From positions 22,780-86,779 of the forward strand of contig JBLGAF010000006.1 in assembly GCA_047612075.1 (NCBI GenBank): a DNA stretch of 64,000 nt, in the 5' to 3' direction. The translations under genes were made by a program, and so were the position numbers. Within the stretch, counting starts at the first letter, position 1; each line of letters opens with the position of its first letter. Shown piece by piece: positions 21,192-32,465 of the stretch. The stretch is from Oleispira sp. (GTDB lineage: Bacteria > Pseudomonadota > Gammaproteobacteria > Pseudomonadales > Oceanobacteraceae). The notes beneath the pieces are model-generated. The model did not search any database. It saw nothing but the letters and a program-made list of their open reading frames with translations, and was not told the origin of the DNA.

Positions 21192-23840
21192 TTATAGTTT
21201 TTCTACCAGCACTTTAAATGCTTCTAATGCTTTCGGAATACCTGCAGCGTTTTTACCACCAGCCTGAGCCATTTCTGGCTTACCACCGCCACGACCATCA
21301 ACATAAGGCGCACATTCTTTGACGATATCACCGGACTTTACCTTGCCGATAAGATCTTTTGTAACGCCCGCCAACAATGTGACCTTACCTTCGGTTTCAG
21401 CGGCCAGCATTATAACGGCGGAGCCTAACTTATCTTTTAGTTGGTCCAAAGTTATTTTCATGGTGGCAACATCGGTGCCGTCAATGCGCGCAGACAATAT
21501 TTTAAAACCATTACCTTCGATGGCCTGAGCAGCTAAATCAGAACCTGCTGAACTGGCCAGCTTCGCTTTTAATGCTTCCAGCTCCTTTTCTAGTTGACGA
21601 TTCTTAGCGATAACCAGCTCAACTTTTTCACCTACGTTGTCGCTGCTGCCTTTTACCGAACGAGCAATGCTATTTAAGGTTGCTTCTTCAGCAGAGATGA
21701 AATCCAACGCCGGCTGACCTGTAACAGCCTCAATGCGGCGCACACCTGCCGCGGCACTGGCTTCAGATATAATTTTAAAAGTACCCAAATCGCCGGTTCG
21801 CTTGGCGTGAGTACCACCACATAACTCAATTGAAAACTGCTCAGCCCCTTCTCCAGTTCCCATCGCCAAGACACGAACTTCATCGTCGTATTTCTCGCCG
21901 AATAGAGCCATCGCCCCGCTATTTTTCGCATCGTCGATATTCATTAAACGCGTCGTAATTTCGCTATTATTACGAATTTCAGTATTTACTCGATTTTCGA
22001 TAGTAGCAATTTCATCCGCCGTCAACGCTTCTAAGTGAGAGAAATCGAAACGCAATTTATCATACGTGACCAAAGATCCCTTCTGCGCAACGTGCGCACC
22101 GAGTAGGTTACGCAATGCAGCATGCAAGATATGTGTTGCTGAGTGATGCAAGGTGATCGCGGCACGCTTGTCTGCATCAACGTCTGCAGTAAGCGGGTCA
22201 CCAGGTTTAACCGAACCTTGCACCAAAATGCCTTGATGAATGTGGTTACCGCTTTCTTTGACCGTATTTTTAACTTGAAAAACTACACCGTCTGCTTTTA
22301 AGAAACCACTGTCCCCAGACTGACCACCAGATTCACCATAAAAAGCGGTTTCATCTAACACGATTAGTGCCTCGATTCCTGCACCCATATTTGCAGAGAT
22401 ACTTTCAACTTTTTCGCCATCGACAAATAAAGCCTGCACCACACCTTGATTATTTAAACTGTTATAACCTAAGAAAGCCGTTGAACCGTCTAATTCAAGA
22501 GCTGCACTGCCCTTCATACTGAAGTTGCCTGCCGCTCTCGCGGTCGCTCGCTGATGCTCCATCGCGGTGTCAAAACCCGCCTCATCAATTTTTAAGTTCT
22601 TTTCACGCGCAACATCGGCAGTTAAGTCCAAAGGAAAACCAAACGTATCGTAAAGCTTAAAGACCGTTTCACCAGGAATGGTGTCACCTTCTAATGTATT
22701 AATTGCATCATTTAAAATGCCCATGCCTTTATCAAGAGTCTTGGCAAACTGCTCTTCTTCTAAGCGTAATACTTTTTCAATTTGAGGTTGAAGCTTAACC
22801 AGCTCAGAATAGGCTTCACCCATTTGCTCAACCAGCGCGGTGACCAATTGGTGGAAGAAACCGATTTTCGCTCCCAACATATGCCCATGACGCACGGCGC
22901 GACGAATAATTCGACGCAGTACGTAACCACGACCTTCATTAGAAGGATAAACACCGTCTACGATTAAAAAACTGGTTGACCGGATATGATCGGCGATAAC
23001 GCGCAATGATTTATTTTCTAAATTTGTGCAGCCAGTAACGTCAGCTGCGGCTTTTAATAATGCTTGAAATAAATCGATTTCATAATTGCTATGCACACCT
23101 TGCTTGATGGCAGAAATACGCTCAAGACCCATACCTGTATCAACCGAAGGCTTTGGTAAAGGATGCATTACACCGTCTTCAGTACGGTTAAATTGCATAA
23201 ATACGACATTCCAGATTTCGATGAAACGATCACCATCCTCTTCTGGTGTGCCGGGCTTACCACCCCAAATATGCTCGCCGTGATCGTAGAATATTTCTGT
23301 ACAAGGCCCACAAGGACCAGTATCACCCATTGACCAGAAATTATCTGAGGCAAACTTTGCACCTTTATTGTCACCAATACGGATGATTTTATCTTCGCTT
23401 AAGCCCATCTCTTTATGCCAAAAATCATAGGTTTCATTATCATCGGCATAAACAGTAACTAGTAACTTGTCTTCGGGTATATCCATCCACTCTTTAGAGG
23501 TTAAGAATTCCCAAGCAAAATTAATTGCATCTTGCTTGAAATAATCCCCAAAACTGAAATTTCCTAACATTTCGAAAAACGTATGATGGCGGGCGGTATA
23601 ACCGACGTTCTCTAAATCATTATGCTTACCGCCGGCACGCACACAGCGCTGTGAAGAAGTTGCGCGAGTATAACTGCGATCATCTAGGCCTAGAAATACG
23701 TCTTTAAACTGAACCATACCCGCGTTGGTAAATAATAACGTTGGATCATTGCCCGGAATCAAAGGGCTAGAGGCAACAATTTCGTGTCCTTTAGAATTGA
23801 AGTAATTCAAGAACGCTTGGCGAATATCAGAGCTTTTCAT
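21192..23840 (-). CDS. alaS: Alanine--tRNA ligase
   Basis: '[11 protein letters not shown]','[19 protein letters not shown]','HSATH','ELCGGTH','GGGKP'. Confidence 0.98.
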   Translation of the reverse strand: MKSSDIRQAFLNYFNSKGHEIVASSPLIPGNDPTLLFTNAGMVQFKDVFLGLDDRSYTRATSSQRCVRAGGKHNDLENVGYTARHHTFFEMLGNFSFGDYFKQDAINFAWEFLTSKEWMDIPEDKLLVTVYADDNETYDFWHKEMGLSEDKIIRIGDNKGAKFASDNFWSMGDTGPCGPCTEIFYDHGEHIWGGKPGTPEEDGDRFIEIWNVVFMQFNRTEDGVMHPLPKPSVDTGMGLERISAIKQGVHSNYEIDLFQALLKAAADVTGCTNLENKSLRVIADHIRSTSFLIVDGVYPSNEGRGYVLRRIIRRAVRHGHMLGAKIGFFHQLVTALVEQMGEAYSELVKLQPQIEKVLRLEEEQFAKTLDKGMGILNDAINTLEGDTIPGETVFKLYDTFGFPLDLTADVAREKNLKIDEAGFDTAMEHQRATARAAGNFSMKGSAALELDGSTAFLGYNSLNNQGVVQALFVDGEKVESISANMGAGIEALIVLDETAFYGESGGQSGDSGFLKADGVVFQVKNTVKESGNHIHQGILVQGSVKPGDPLTADVDADKRAAITLHHSATHILHAALRNLLGAHVAQKGSLVTYDKLRFDFSHLEALTADEIATIENRVNTEIRNNSEITTRLMNIDDAKNSGAMALFGEKYDDEVRVLAMGTGEGAEQFSIELCGGTHAKRTGDLGTFKIISEASAAAGVRRIEAVTGQPALDFISAEEATLNSIARSVKGSSDNVGEKVELVIAKNRQLEKELEALKAKLASSAGSDLAAQAIEGNGFKILSARIDGTDVATMKITLDQLKDKLGSAVIMLAAETEGKVTLLAGVTKDLIGKVKSGDIVKECAPYVDGRGGGKPEMAQAGGKNAAGIPKALEAFKVLVEKL

Positions 23841-24100
23841 AGTTAACACGGGTCCATTAATACTGGATTAAATACTGGCAATACAGCTGGGTAAAAATAT
23901 TTGGGCGTAATTATAGCTTGCCTCGATAGGAATAAGTAGATGTCAAAAAAAACTATCTCGATGAAGTCGCTTTGCTTTGAGATATCAAGATTGGGTAACT
24001 GACTTTTCAGCTATAAATATACTAATCAGTAAGGAAGCTAAAGAGAGGAACAGCAGGTAGATGATTTGAATTGTCTGTCAGTATGGCGATTTTTAATCTA

Positions 24101-24128
24101 AAGCCTCTCCCCGATTAAGGAGAGGCGT
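24101..24128 (-). terminator. Hairpin terminator after proX
   Basis: GCCTCTCC-ccgattaa-GGAGAGGC stem. Confidence 0.6.
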
Positions 24129-24140
24129 TAAACTATCGTT

Positions 24141-25130
24141 TTATTCTGCTGCGTTGCGAGCGGCTGTGAGCCATCCGTTAAACGCTACTTGGTTCATTTT
24201 AATCCAGTTCAAAGCATGTTGACGAATTTGTTGTTGCGAATCTTCACCATCAGCGATCAACATATTTTCAGCACTCACATCATTAATGGGTAGCTTAGCT
24301 ACTTCAAATAATTTGGCGGCTGCAGGGTTATTGCTAGCAAATTCCTTATTGGCAACGATACGTTGGCTGTTGATTTCAAAGCCATAGTTTTTACCATTCG
24401 GTAAAGCGGTATCTGTACCGTTCGGATTAGCGGAATAAGGTACTTCTAACCAAACAACATCTTTACCTGGAACTAATTTTCCTGATACCCAGTATGGCGT
24501 CCAAGTGTAATAGAAAATAGACTGCCCTTCGTTATAACGAACAATGGTATCTGCAATAATCGCAGCATACTGGCCTTGATTATGGTTGATTCGATCACGT
24601 AGTTTAAACGTATCTAGTTGATGTTCGATAACACCTTCACAACCCCAACCAGCCTGACAACCCGTTAAGTCTGCTGTGCCATCATTATTGGTATCAAACA
24701 ACTTAGCAATTTTTGCGTCCTTGAATTGATCAATGCTAGTAATATTGTATTTGTCGGCGGTTTTCTTATCGATCAGATAACCCTGCACAGCGCCTTCTAT
24801 ATAAGCTCCTCCGCGATAAAAGACGTCATCTCCACCCGCATTGGCATACATAGAATTATGCAATGGAAACCAATTTACTGGCATAAAGGTCGCATCACCA
24901 TTAGAAATGGCCGTGTAAGCCGTGCTGTAGTCGACTTGTTTAATTTCCTTTACATCATAACCAAGCTGACGCAAAGCTTCATTAAGTACCATGGTTTGAA
25001 AGGCTTCTTCAGATATCGTGCTGTGCAATGGTAGCACCTCGATACCTTCTCCTGGTTTTTCATTGGCGTAGCTTAAGTTGACCGTCATTAGTAATGACGT
25101 TGCGATGAGTGCGCTGAATAGTTTTCTCAT
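24141..25130 (-). CDS. proX: Glycine betaine/proline ABC transporter periplasmic protein
   Basis: Signal peptide;'EEAFQT','GC.AGWGC','YYTWTPYWVS'. Confidence 0.93.
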   Translation of the reverse strand: MRKLFSALIATSLLMTVNLSYANEKPGEGIEVLPLHSTISEEAFQTMVLNEALRQLGYDVKEIKQVDYSTAYTAISNGDATFMPVNWFPLHNSMYANAGGDDVFYRGGAYIEGAVQGYLIDKKTADKYNITSIDQFKDAKIAKLFDTNNDGTADLTGCQAGWGCEGVIEHQLDTFKLRDRINHNQGQYAAIIADTIVRYNEGQSIFYYTWTPYWVSGKLVPGKDVVWLEVPYSANPNGTDTALPNGKNYGFEINSQRIVANKEFASNNPAAAKLFEVAKLPINDVSAENMLIADGEDSQQQIRQHALNWIKMNQVAFNGWLTAARNAAE

Positions 25131-25175
25131 AATTCCCTCTTTTTATGGTTTTATTGTTATGAATGAATTTACGTA

Positions 25176-26222
25176 TTAAACCTTTGAATTCGATGCATCT
25201 GTGCTGCTGGTAAGTTTCGTTTTTAAACTCACAATAAATCCTACTGGACCTTTCGAATACCATGGGCCAGCGCCTTTTTCACGACTTGATCGACCTAATG
25301 ACTGCGTCATACGATCTAAGATAATTGCTAAGATCACGATACCAATACCGCCTACTGTTGCAAGACCAATATCCAATCGACCAATTCCTCGCAGCACCAT
25401 TAAACCAAGGCCGCCAACAGAGATCATAGAAGCAATAACCACCATCGATAAGCTCAACATCAACGTTTGATTTACACCGGCCATGATTGTTGGCATGGCT
25501 AAAGGAAGCTGAACTTTAAACAGCATTTGTCGTTCGCTTGCACCAAATGCTTGGGCAGCTTCAATGAGGTCACTAGGCACTTGGCGAATACCTAAGTTGG
25601 TTAGGCGAATGACTGGCGCGACCGCAAAAATAATAGTTACGATAACCCCTGGTACATTACCAATGCCGAACAGCATTACAATAGGCACTAGGTAAACAAA
25701 CGCGGGCGTTGTTTGCATTGTGTCCAATATGGGCCTTATAACACGCTGACTGCGATCACTTCGCGCCATAAAGATGCCTGTAGGTATACCAATCAACATA
25801 CAAAAGAGCACCGATGTTAAGACCAATGAAAGTGTTGTCATTGATTCTTGCCACACCCCAATAGCACCCACAAATAGTAAGCCAAGCGCTGTCATCAGCC
25901 CTAACCGTTTGCCCACGAGCTGCCAAGCAAGTAAACCGAATAGCAAAATCATAATTAATGGCGAAACACTTTGGAGCACGGTTTCAATGGCTTGCAGGGT
26001 TGTATCAATGGGGGTTTTGATAGCGGAGAAAATAGGTCTGAAATGGAGAACCATCCAGGATACGAAAGTTTCTACCCACTCTTGTAGAGGTATCCAATCA
26101 TGTGCAAATGGATCACTTAAAGACAGTGGCACCTGCTCTTCAACACCCGCAGATAAGCTGGATAATAGTTCAGTATCTGCTGCTTCAGGCGTGCCCCAAG
26201 GGTTACTAGCTTGTTCACTCAT
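25176..26222 (-). CDS. proW: Glycine betaine/proline ABC permease
   Basis: '[18 protein letters not shown]','EAAQAFG','GVNQTLML'. Confidence 0.95.
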   Translation of the reverse strand: MSEQASNPWGTPEAADTELLSSLSAGVEEQVPLSLSDPFAHDWIPLQEWVETFVSWMVLHFRPIFSAIKTPIDTTLQAIETVLQSVSPLIMILLFGLLAWQLVGKRLGLMTALGLLFVGAIGVWQESMTTLSLVLTSVLFCMLIGIPTGIFMARSDRSQRVIRPILDTMQTTPAFVYLVPIVMLFGIGNVPGVIVTIIFAVAPVIRLTNLGIRQVPSDLIEAAQAFGASERQMLFKVQLPLAMPTIMAGVNQTLMLSLSMVVIASMISVGGLGLMVLRGIGRLDIGLATVGGIGIVILAIILDRMTQSLGRSSREKGAGPWYSKGPVGFIVSLKTKLTSSTDASNSKV

Positions 26223-27415
26223 TCTTTGGACTCCCGATCTAATGTTTCTAGCAGTAAGCTCTGACTAATTACCCCTTGATATTTATTGTCTTTGTCAACC
26301 ACTGGCACAGGACAAGGAGAGGCCGCCACCTGCCCAATCACTTCATTTATCTGCGTAGTGTCAGTAATGGAGTCAATATCGAGAAAAGCGCCTTCGAGCT
26401 GGCTTTGTTCAGATAAATTCTCTGGTAGATCTTCCGTCAACAGTACACCTCGCAAACTATCATCTTCATCAGTCACATAAGCATAAGTTGATTCAGCAGT
26501 ATTCAAGTCGAGAAGAGCCTGAGAAAGATCGGTATCGGCTGCTTGCTTAATTACCGTTACATCACTTTGCATCGCAATATCACCGGCACTAAATACGTTA
26601 CTAACATCGACACCTTTGAAAAAGGACTGAACATAATCATTCTCTGGGTCCTGAAGTATTTCATCTGGCTTGCCTACTTGAATAACTTCTCCACCTTGCA
26701 TAATAGCGATACGATCGCCGATGCGCATAGCTTCGTCCAAATCATGAGATATAAAAATAATGGTTCGCCGATGGGCTTTTTGAAGGTTTACTAGCTCATC
26801 TTGCATTTCAGCCCTGATGAGAGGGTCCAAGGCGGAGAAAGCTTCATCCATTAATAGAATATCCGGGTCATTCGTCAAGGCTCTAGCAAGACCAACACGC
26901 TGCTGCATACCACCCGATAACTCGTCGGGATAACTTGTTGCGTTGGTTTGAAGACCTACTTGCTCTAGCGCTTTCATCGCTTTTTCATGACGTATGTTTT
27001 TCGGCTCGCCACTCAATTCTAAACCAAATGCAGCATTCTCTAGAACTGTTAAATGAGGCAGCAAGGCGAAAGATTGGAAGACCATGCTGACTTTATCTCG
27101 TCTAATGGCTCTTAAGCGGGCTTTATCAAGATGAGTGATGTCTTCACCATCAATCAATACCTGTCCAAGGGTGGGCTCAATTAAACGATTCAACAGCCTC
27201 ACAAGTGTCGACTTACCCGAACCCGACAACCCCATTATTACGAAAATCTCGCCTTCTTCGATTTGCAAAGAAGCATTTTGTACACCAACTGTCATGCCTG
27301 TTTGGCTGAAAATAGTGTCTTTCGTGGCGCCAGACTCAAGCATTTTGATAGCTTTTTTAGGCTTGTTGCCAAACACTTTATATAGATTCTTGACTTCTAA
27401 TTTATAGTTCATCAT
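26219..27415 (-). CDS. proV: Glycine betaine/proline ABC ATPase
   Basis: 'GLSGSGKST','[15 protein letters not shown]','[12 protein letters not shown]', CBS-like tail; start approximate. Confidence 0.95.
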   Translation of the reverse strand: MMNYKLEVKNLYKVFGNKPKKAIKMLESGATKDTIFSQTGMTVGVQNASLQIEEGEIFVIMGLSGSGKSTLVRLLNRLIEPTLGQVLIDGEDITHLDKARLRAIRRDKVSMVFQSFALLPHLTVLENAAFGLELSGEPKNIRHEKAMKALEQVGLQTNATSYPDELSGGMQQRVGLARALTNDPDILLMDEAFSALDPLIRAEMQDELVNLQKAHRRTIIFISHDLDEAMRIGDRIAIMQGGEVIQVGKPDEILQDPENDYVQSFFKGVDVSNVFSAGDIAMQSDVTVIKQAADTDLSQALLDLNTAESTYAYVTDEDDSLRGVLLTEDLPENLSEQSQLEGAFLDIDSITDTTQINEVIGQVAASPCPVPVVDKDNKYQGVISQSLLLETLDRESKE

Positions 27416-27881
27416 CTTCTTATTACTTAGTGTTCTAAGTAATAAATATATATCCATACCCTCAATAAGGCAAATCTAGGAAGCCAGAATTTAACTAAAA
27501 CTAGACAATATCTGGGTTATTTTCAACAAAAATGAATGTTTTCAACGATCAATTTTCATAAAATATGCATTATTGAGTAACCTTTTGTTTATTCAAAACT
27601 AGAGATTCAAATTTAAAATCTTTCTTTCGCTAAACAAGCACTCATGCCTTTGATACCGAGGGTCTTATACAATATATAAATCACAATATTACTCAATCGA
27701 CATGTATATGGCGTAATTTCATCAAGGCAATTCAGTCAAAACTAGTCTCAGTAGCAGAGGTTTATAAGTATATTAAAACTGCTCTACACTTATTTAAGAA
27801 AAAATAATCTGTTTTTGTGCCGTACCGTAGCCAATTTGTCGGATACAATAGCTCTAATACAATCTTTCATAGGGTTTAATC

Positions 27882-29168
27882 GTGCACAAAATAGTCATTA
27901 TTGGCGGCGGTGCGGGCGGCTTAGAGCTCGCAACCCAGCTAGGTCATAAGTGGGGTAAAAAAGGAGAAGCAGAAATTCATTTAGTGGATGCCAACCATAC
28001 TCACTTATGGAAACCACTTCTGCACGAGGTTGCAACAGGCGCCTTGGACTCAGGGATCGATGAGCTAAATTATCAAGCCCATGGCAAAAAACATGGATTT
28101 AATTTCCATGTTGGCAGAATGCAAGACCTCAACCGTGAGAAAAAAACGATCGAATTAGCGGCTGTTTTTGACGAAGACGAAGAAATTCTTCCGCAGCGTC
28201 AGCTTGAATATGGACAGTTGGTAATAGCACTAGGCAGTGTAACCAATGATTTTGGTACCAAAGGCGCCGCTGAGCATTGCCACTTTTTAGATGCTCGTCA
28301 GCAAGCAGAAATTTTTCATCAAAAATTATTAAATCAGTTTATTAAAGCCAATGGCAACAATAATCCAGAAGAGCTCAGTATCGCGATTGTCGGTGCAGGG
28401 GCAACAGGGGTTGAACTGTCTGCTGAGCTATACAATACGACAGAAGCTTTAGCCAGTTATGGTATGAGTCAGTTTAATATAGATAAACTTAAAGTTTCAT
28501 TAGTCGAAGCGGGGCCTCAGATTCTACCCGCCTTGCCAGAGCGAATTTCAAGTGCCGCTAAGCGTGAGCTAGAAAAGCTTGGCGTTAATGTTTTAACTGA
28601 TACCATGATTACAGAAATCACTGAAGAAGGCTTTATAACTAAAGAGGGAGATGTAATCAAAGCCAAATTAAAAGTGTGGGCGGCAGGGATTAAAGCACCA
28701 GATTTTTTAGCAAATATTGGAGGACTTGAAACTAATCGAGTCAATCAACTGGTAGTAAAATCCAGTTTACAAACTACTCTCGATCATAATATTTTTGCTA
28801 TTGGTGATTGTGCGTTTTTATTGCAAGCTGATGGTAAAGCGGTTCCACCACGCGCTCAAGCGGCCCACCAGCAAGCGAGTCACTTATTAAAAGTATTGAC
28901 CGCACTGCAAGCTGGAAAACCCGCACCTGACTTTATATATCACGACAGAGGCTCCCTCGTATCATTGAGCCGTTATAGTACCGTAGGCAGTTTAATGGGT
29001 AATTTAAGCAAGGGATCGATTATGATCGAGGGACGCTTGGCGCGCATTGTCTACGTATCGCTTTATCGTATGCATCAAGTTGCGCTGCACGGTTATGCTC
29101 ATACATTATTATTATCCCTAGTTGGACACATCAATAAAGTGATCCGCCCACGCTTAAAACTGCACTAA
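27882..29168 (+). CDS. ndh: Type II NADH dehydrogenase
   Basis: '[10 protein letters not shown]','[11 protein letters not shown]','[13 protein letters not shown]','PPRAQAAHQ','RPRLKLH'. Confidence 0.95.
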   Translation: MHKIVIIGGGAGGLELATQLGHKWGKKGEAEIHLVDANHTHLWKPLLHEVATGALDSGIDELNYQAHGKKHGFNFHVGRMQDLNREKKTIELAAVFDEDEEILPQRQLEYGQLVIALGSVTNDFGTKGAAEHCHFLDARQQAEIFHQKLLNQFIKANGNNNPEELSIAIVGAGATGVELSAELYNTTEALASYGMSQFNIDKLKVSLVEAGPQILPALPERISSAAKRELEKLGVNVLTDTMITEITEEGFITKEGDVIKAKLKVWAAGIKAPDFLANIGGLETNRVNQLVVKSSLQTTLDHNIFAIGDCAFLLQADGKAVPPRAQAAHQQASHLLKVLTALQAGKPAPDFIYHDRGSLVSLSRYSTVGSLMGNLSKGSIMIEGRLARIVYVSLYRMHQVALHGYAHTLLLSLVGHINKVIRPRLKLH

Positions 29169-29170
29169 TA

Positions 29171-30214
29171 TTAAACAATAGCGCTATCATTTATAACAAG
29201 CTGATCTGCCTGTTGCATGACGTCCTGGCGGTAATCCCCAGGGCGTTTTCCTGTCCAGCGACGAAACGCCTTATAAAATGCGCTGGGTTCGGTGAAACCG
29301 ACGAGAAAAGAAATTTCATACAAGGGTATATCTAAATTCTTGATCAAATTTAATGCTAATGCCTCACGACTATCGTCTAAAATGGCTTGGTATGTCACAC
29401 CCACCTCCTTTAACCGACGCTGTAAGTTTCTAATGGTTAAGTTTAATTGTTGCGCAACATGCTCCTGTGATGCTTTGTGCTGTAATAAGCAACGCTTAAT
29501 TTCAGTTCTTACTTCAAGATACAGATCCAGTCTTTGCTTTCTTCTTGCAATGATTTTATTGACTACTATAAGATTTTTATCGAACAATAATCTATTAGCA
29601 CGAGGGTTTTCTCTAGCAAGTAGGGATTTAGATATTTCTATATAAGTATCATTCGCTTTTTGAATAGAACATCCTAGCAATTCTTCATGCTCTAAACCGC
29701 TTACGCGGTTGACATCAAAAAAATATTTAATGTATTCGTCAGCATCAGAGAATACGCTGAGAAAATAATCTTGAACTGCAGCAAAAATCATATCCTTTTG
29801 ATAACTGTTCATAACAACGCCCTCACTGGGTGCAAAAGATAAGCGCACCATACCAGCATCAACATCCGTTAATTCAAACCAACCAGATTCAGATATTACT
29901 TTAGAATGAGCCATCAACGCGTCTAGACCCACTGCCAGAGTTTGTGATTTGATTAACATATTGGCAATAATTACATTAGATTTAGCGATATGTTGGCCTA
30001 AACGTATTCCCAAAGCGGGATCTTCAGCACTCTCAACCGCAGCTTGGTGCAGCTTCGTCATTTTATGACTCGAAATACCAAACTTTCCTTTACCTTGCGT
30101 TGTAATATCGATGCCCAAAATATTATCCAGTATTTGCTTGGAAACATCACAATCCAACCAAAACTCATACAGCACAAGAACAAAGGGCATAGCCACTTGT
30201 GGAAAAACAGGCAT
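29171..30214 (-). CDS. AraC-family regulator with arabinose-binding-like N-domain (OruR-like)
   Basis: C-terminal 'RNLQRRL...LVGFTEPSAFYKAFRRWTG..PGDYR'; 'DPALGIRLG' N-domain. Confidence 0.88.
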   Translation of the reverse strand: MPVFPQVAMPFVLVLYEFWLDCDVSKQILDNILGIDITTQGKGKFGISSHKMTKLHQAAVESAEDPALGIRLGQHIAKSNVIIANMLIKSQTLAVGLDALMAHSKVISESGWFELTDVDAGMVRLSFAPSEGVVMNSYQKDMIFAAVQDYFLSVFSDADEYIKYFFDVNRVSGLEHEELLGCSIQKANDTYIEISKSLLARENPRANRLLFDKNLIVVNKIIARRKQRLDLYLEVRTEIKRCLLQHKASQEHVAQQLNLTIRNLQRRLKEVGVTYQAILDDSREALALNLIKNLDIPLYEISFLVGFTEPSAFYKAFRRWTGKRPGDYRQDVMQQADQLVINDSAIV

Positions 30215-30449
30215 AACCTCCCCCCATAAATAATGTAACAGTGGCGCTTATTAATATAAATCTGTGCGAAGGTTGACATACTTGCAACAGAGTTCTGACC
30301 AACTGTTCTTTAAAATTTTATTATTGTGATGTTGGTTTTAACTTACTAATCTGTCAATGGGCTTTGACGACAGCATTGAGGGGGAATGAAGGTTTGAAAG
30401 ATATTATTAGTTAATATTCTAAAAAATTGATTTTATATAACCAAATATT

Positions 30450-30944
30450 CTATGTTTTTTGTACCTCTAAGTAATGCTCTATAGCGAAATGTATTTGATC
30501 CATAGAAAATCCTCGATACGCCAAGTAACGAAATGCTTTTTGTTTTTCTTTATAATTACTAAGATCCAGAGAATGAAATTTCCTTAAACCACAGTCATAG
30601 GCTAACTCAAACCAATCGATATCCTTTTGTACACTTTGCTCGATAAGATCCTGATCTATACCTTTTTCTTTCAGCTCACGCTCTATACGCACCCAACCTA
30701 ATCCACGATTGATACGAGAACGTAAATAGGATTCCATAAAACGCTGATCACTTTGATAGCCTGATTCAATTAGCTGATCGAGTAATTGTAATAAAAGAAT
30801 TTTGTTAGAAGTGCGAGAGACAAGCTTTTGATAAAGCTCATGGCTGGAATATTCACGACGTGACAGCAAGTTGATTGCTGCCACGCGTAATTCACTTTCA
30901 GAGAGTTCTGCTGGCTTAGAAAACCCTGAAGATTTTTTATACAT
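30450..30944 (-). CDS. recX: Regulatory protein RecX
   Basis: 'LLSRREYS..EL..KL','QSDQRF','YLAYRGF'; directly after recA. Confidence 0.93.
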   Translation of the reverse strand: MYKKSSGFSKPAELSESELRVAAINLLSRREYSSHELYQKLVSRTSNKILLLQLLDQLIESGYQSDQRFMESYLRSRINRGLGWVRIERELKEKGIDQDLIEQSVQKDIDWFELAYDCGLRKFHSLDLSNYKEKQKAFRYLAYRGFSMDQIHFAIEHYLEVQKT

Positions 30945-30952
30945 TGTGAATT

Positions 30953-32068
30953 TTACGACTCAATTTTTGCTTTGACGGCTTTAACTTTTTCAGCTTTTTC
31001 AGCTTTTTCAGCTTTTTCAGCTTTTTCAGTCTTTTCAACTTTTTCAGACTTTTCTGCCTTTTCAGCTTCTTCTGGTAATTGGCTCGTCATTAACTGCTTA
31101 CGAATTTCTTTTTCTATTTCTTCCGCAATGGCAGGGTTTTCAGACAAGTACTTTGCAGCATTGGCTTTGCCTTGACCTATTTTATCGCCCTGATAAGCAT
31201 ACCAAGCACCTGATTTATCAATCAAATCGCACTTCACACCCAAATCAACGACTTCACCCATGTGGTAAATACCTTCACCGTATAAGATTTGGAATTCAGC
31301 TTGTCTGAAAGGAGGAGCCACCTTATTTTTGACAACTTTAACACGAGTTTCGTTGCCGGTTACTTCATCGCCCTGCTTCACTGCACCCGTACGACGAATA
31401 TCCAGACGTACTGACGAATAAAACTTCAGGGCGTTACCACCCGTTGTTGTTTCAGGATTACCAAACATCACACCAATTTTCATACGAATTTGGTTAATAA
31501 AAATCACCAAACAATTGGCATTCTTAACGTTGGCTGTCATTTTTCGTAATGCCTGAGACATTAATCGAGCCTGTAAACCAACATGGTGATCACCCATATC
31601 GCCTTCAATTTCAGCCTTAGGTGTGAGCGCTGCAACCGAGTCAATAACAATTACATCGACCGCACCAGAACGTACTAGGCTATCGGTAATCTCTAAGCCC
31701 TGCTCACCAGTATCAGGTTGCGAGACTAACAAAGTATCAAGATTTATACCTAGCTTTTCTGCATACAAAGGATCAAGAGCGTGTTCAGCATCAACAATAG
31801 CAACGGTTTTGCCTTGCTTTTGTGCTTGCGCCATAACGGATAGGCAAAGCGTTGTTTTACCTGAGCTCTCTGGACCATAAATTTCTACGATACGTCCGTA
31901 AGGTAAACCACCTATGCCAAGAGCAACATCCAAAGTCAAAGAACCCGTTGATACCGACGGAATTGCTTCACGCGGTTGATCACCCATCTTCATAATGGAG
32001 CCCTTACCAAACTGGCGTTCAATCTGGCTTAGTGCCGCATCAAGTGCTTTTTGCTTATTTGCATCCAT
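30953..32068 (-). CDS. recA: Recombinase A with repeat-extended C-terminus
   Basis: 'GPESSGKTT','[14 protein letters not shown]','[10 protein letters not shown]','GGNALKFY'. Confidence 0.99.
   Translation of the reverse strand: MDANKQKALDAALSQIERQFGKGSIMKMGDQPREAIPSVSTGSLTLDVALGIGGLPYGRIVEIYGPESSGKTTLCLSVMAQAQKQGKTVAIVDAEHALDPLYAEKLGINLDTLLVSQPDTGEQGLEITDSLVRSGAVDVIVIDSVAALTPKAEIEGDMGDHHVGLQARLMSQALRKMTANVKNANCLVIFINQIRMKIGVMFGNPETTTGGNALKFYSSVRLDIRRTGAVKQGDEVTGNETRVKVVKNKVAPPFRQAEFQILYGEGIYHMGEVVDLGVKCDLIDKSGAWYAYQGDKIGQGKANAAKYLSENPAIAEEIEKEIRKQLMTSQLPEEAEKAEKSEKVEKTEKAEKAEKAEKAEKVKAVKAKIES
30985..31068. repeat. 9-bp tandem repeat in recA 3' end encoding (xEK)9
   Basis: Five perfect CTTTTTCAG copies at 30985-31029 plus degenerate copies. 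Confidence 0.9.
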
Positions 32069-32125
32069 TGTGACGTTCCTTTAAATAAGTCTGGATGATC
32101 AGTTCATTCTAATCATCGTTTGTTT

Positions 32126-32145
32126 TACTGTAGATTTAACCAGTA
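32126..32145. promoter_or_regulatory. LexA (SOS) box upstream of recA
   Basis: TACTG-TAGATTTAAC-CAGTA matches CTG-N10-CAG. Confidence 0.88.
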
Positions 32146-32465
32146 TTTAAGCATAGCTTAGTTGATTGGCCAAGTCATTATTTTGTTTTTCTACACAAAA
32201 AACAATCAACTACTCTACAAACCCCATGTATAGGGCATCTCAAGGTCACATGTATTTTTTTAAAGCTTGAAATTCAGTAGGATTAAGACAATATATACAG
32301 TATTATACCCAGTACTATTTCATCATTAATACAGTAATTTTTAGTATTGAAGTTGTCATTTGTAATATCTGTACTGAACGACATTACACAGATGCTTTGT
32401 TCAATTGCATCGCAATCACTTACAATGATGTTTTTAATAGTTAGATTAAGGATTTCGGCGCGGAT

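Noticed and set aside
27416-27881. Long AT-rich spacer upstream of proV searched for a BetI box or riboswitch
   Set aside because: No convincing dyad or aptamer consensus seen.
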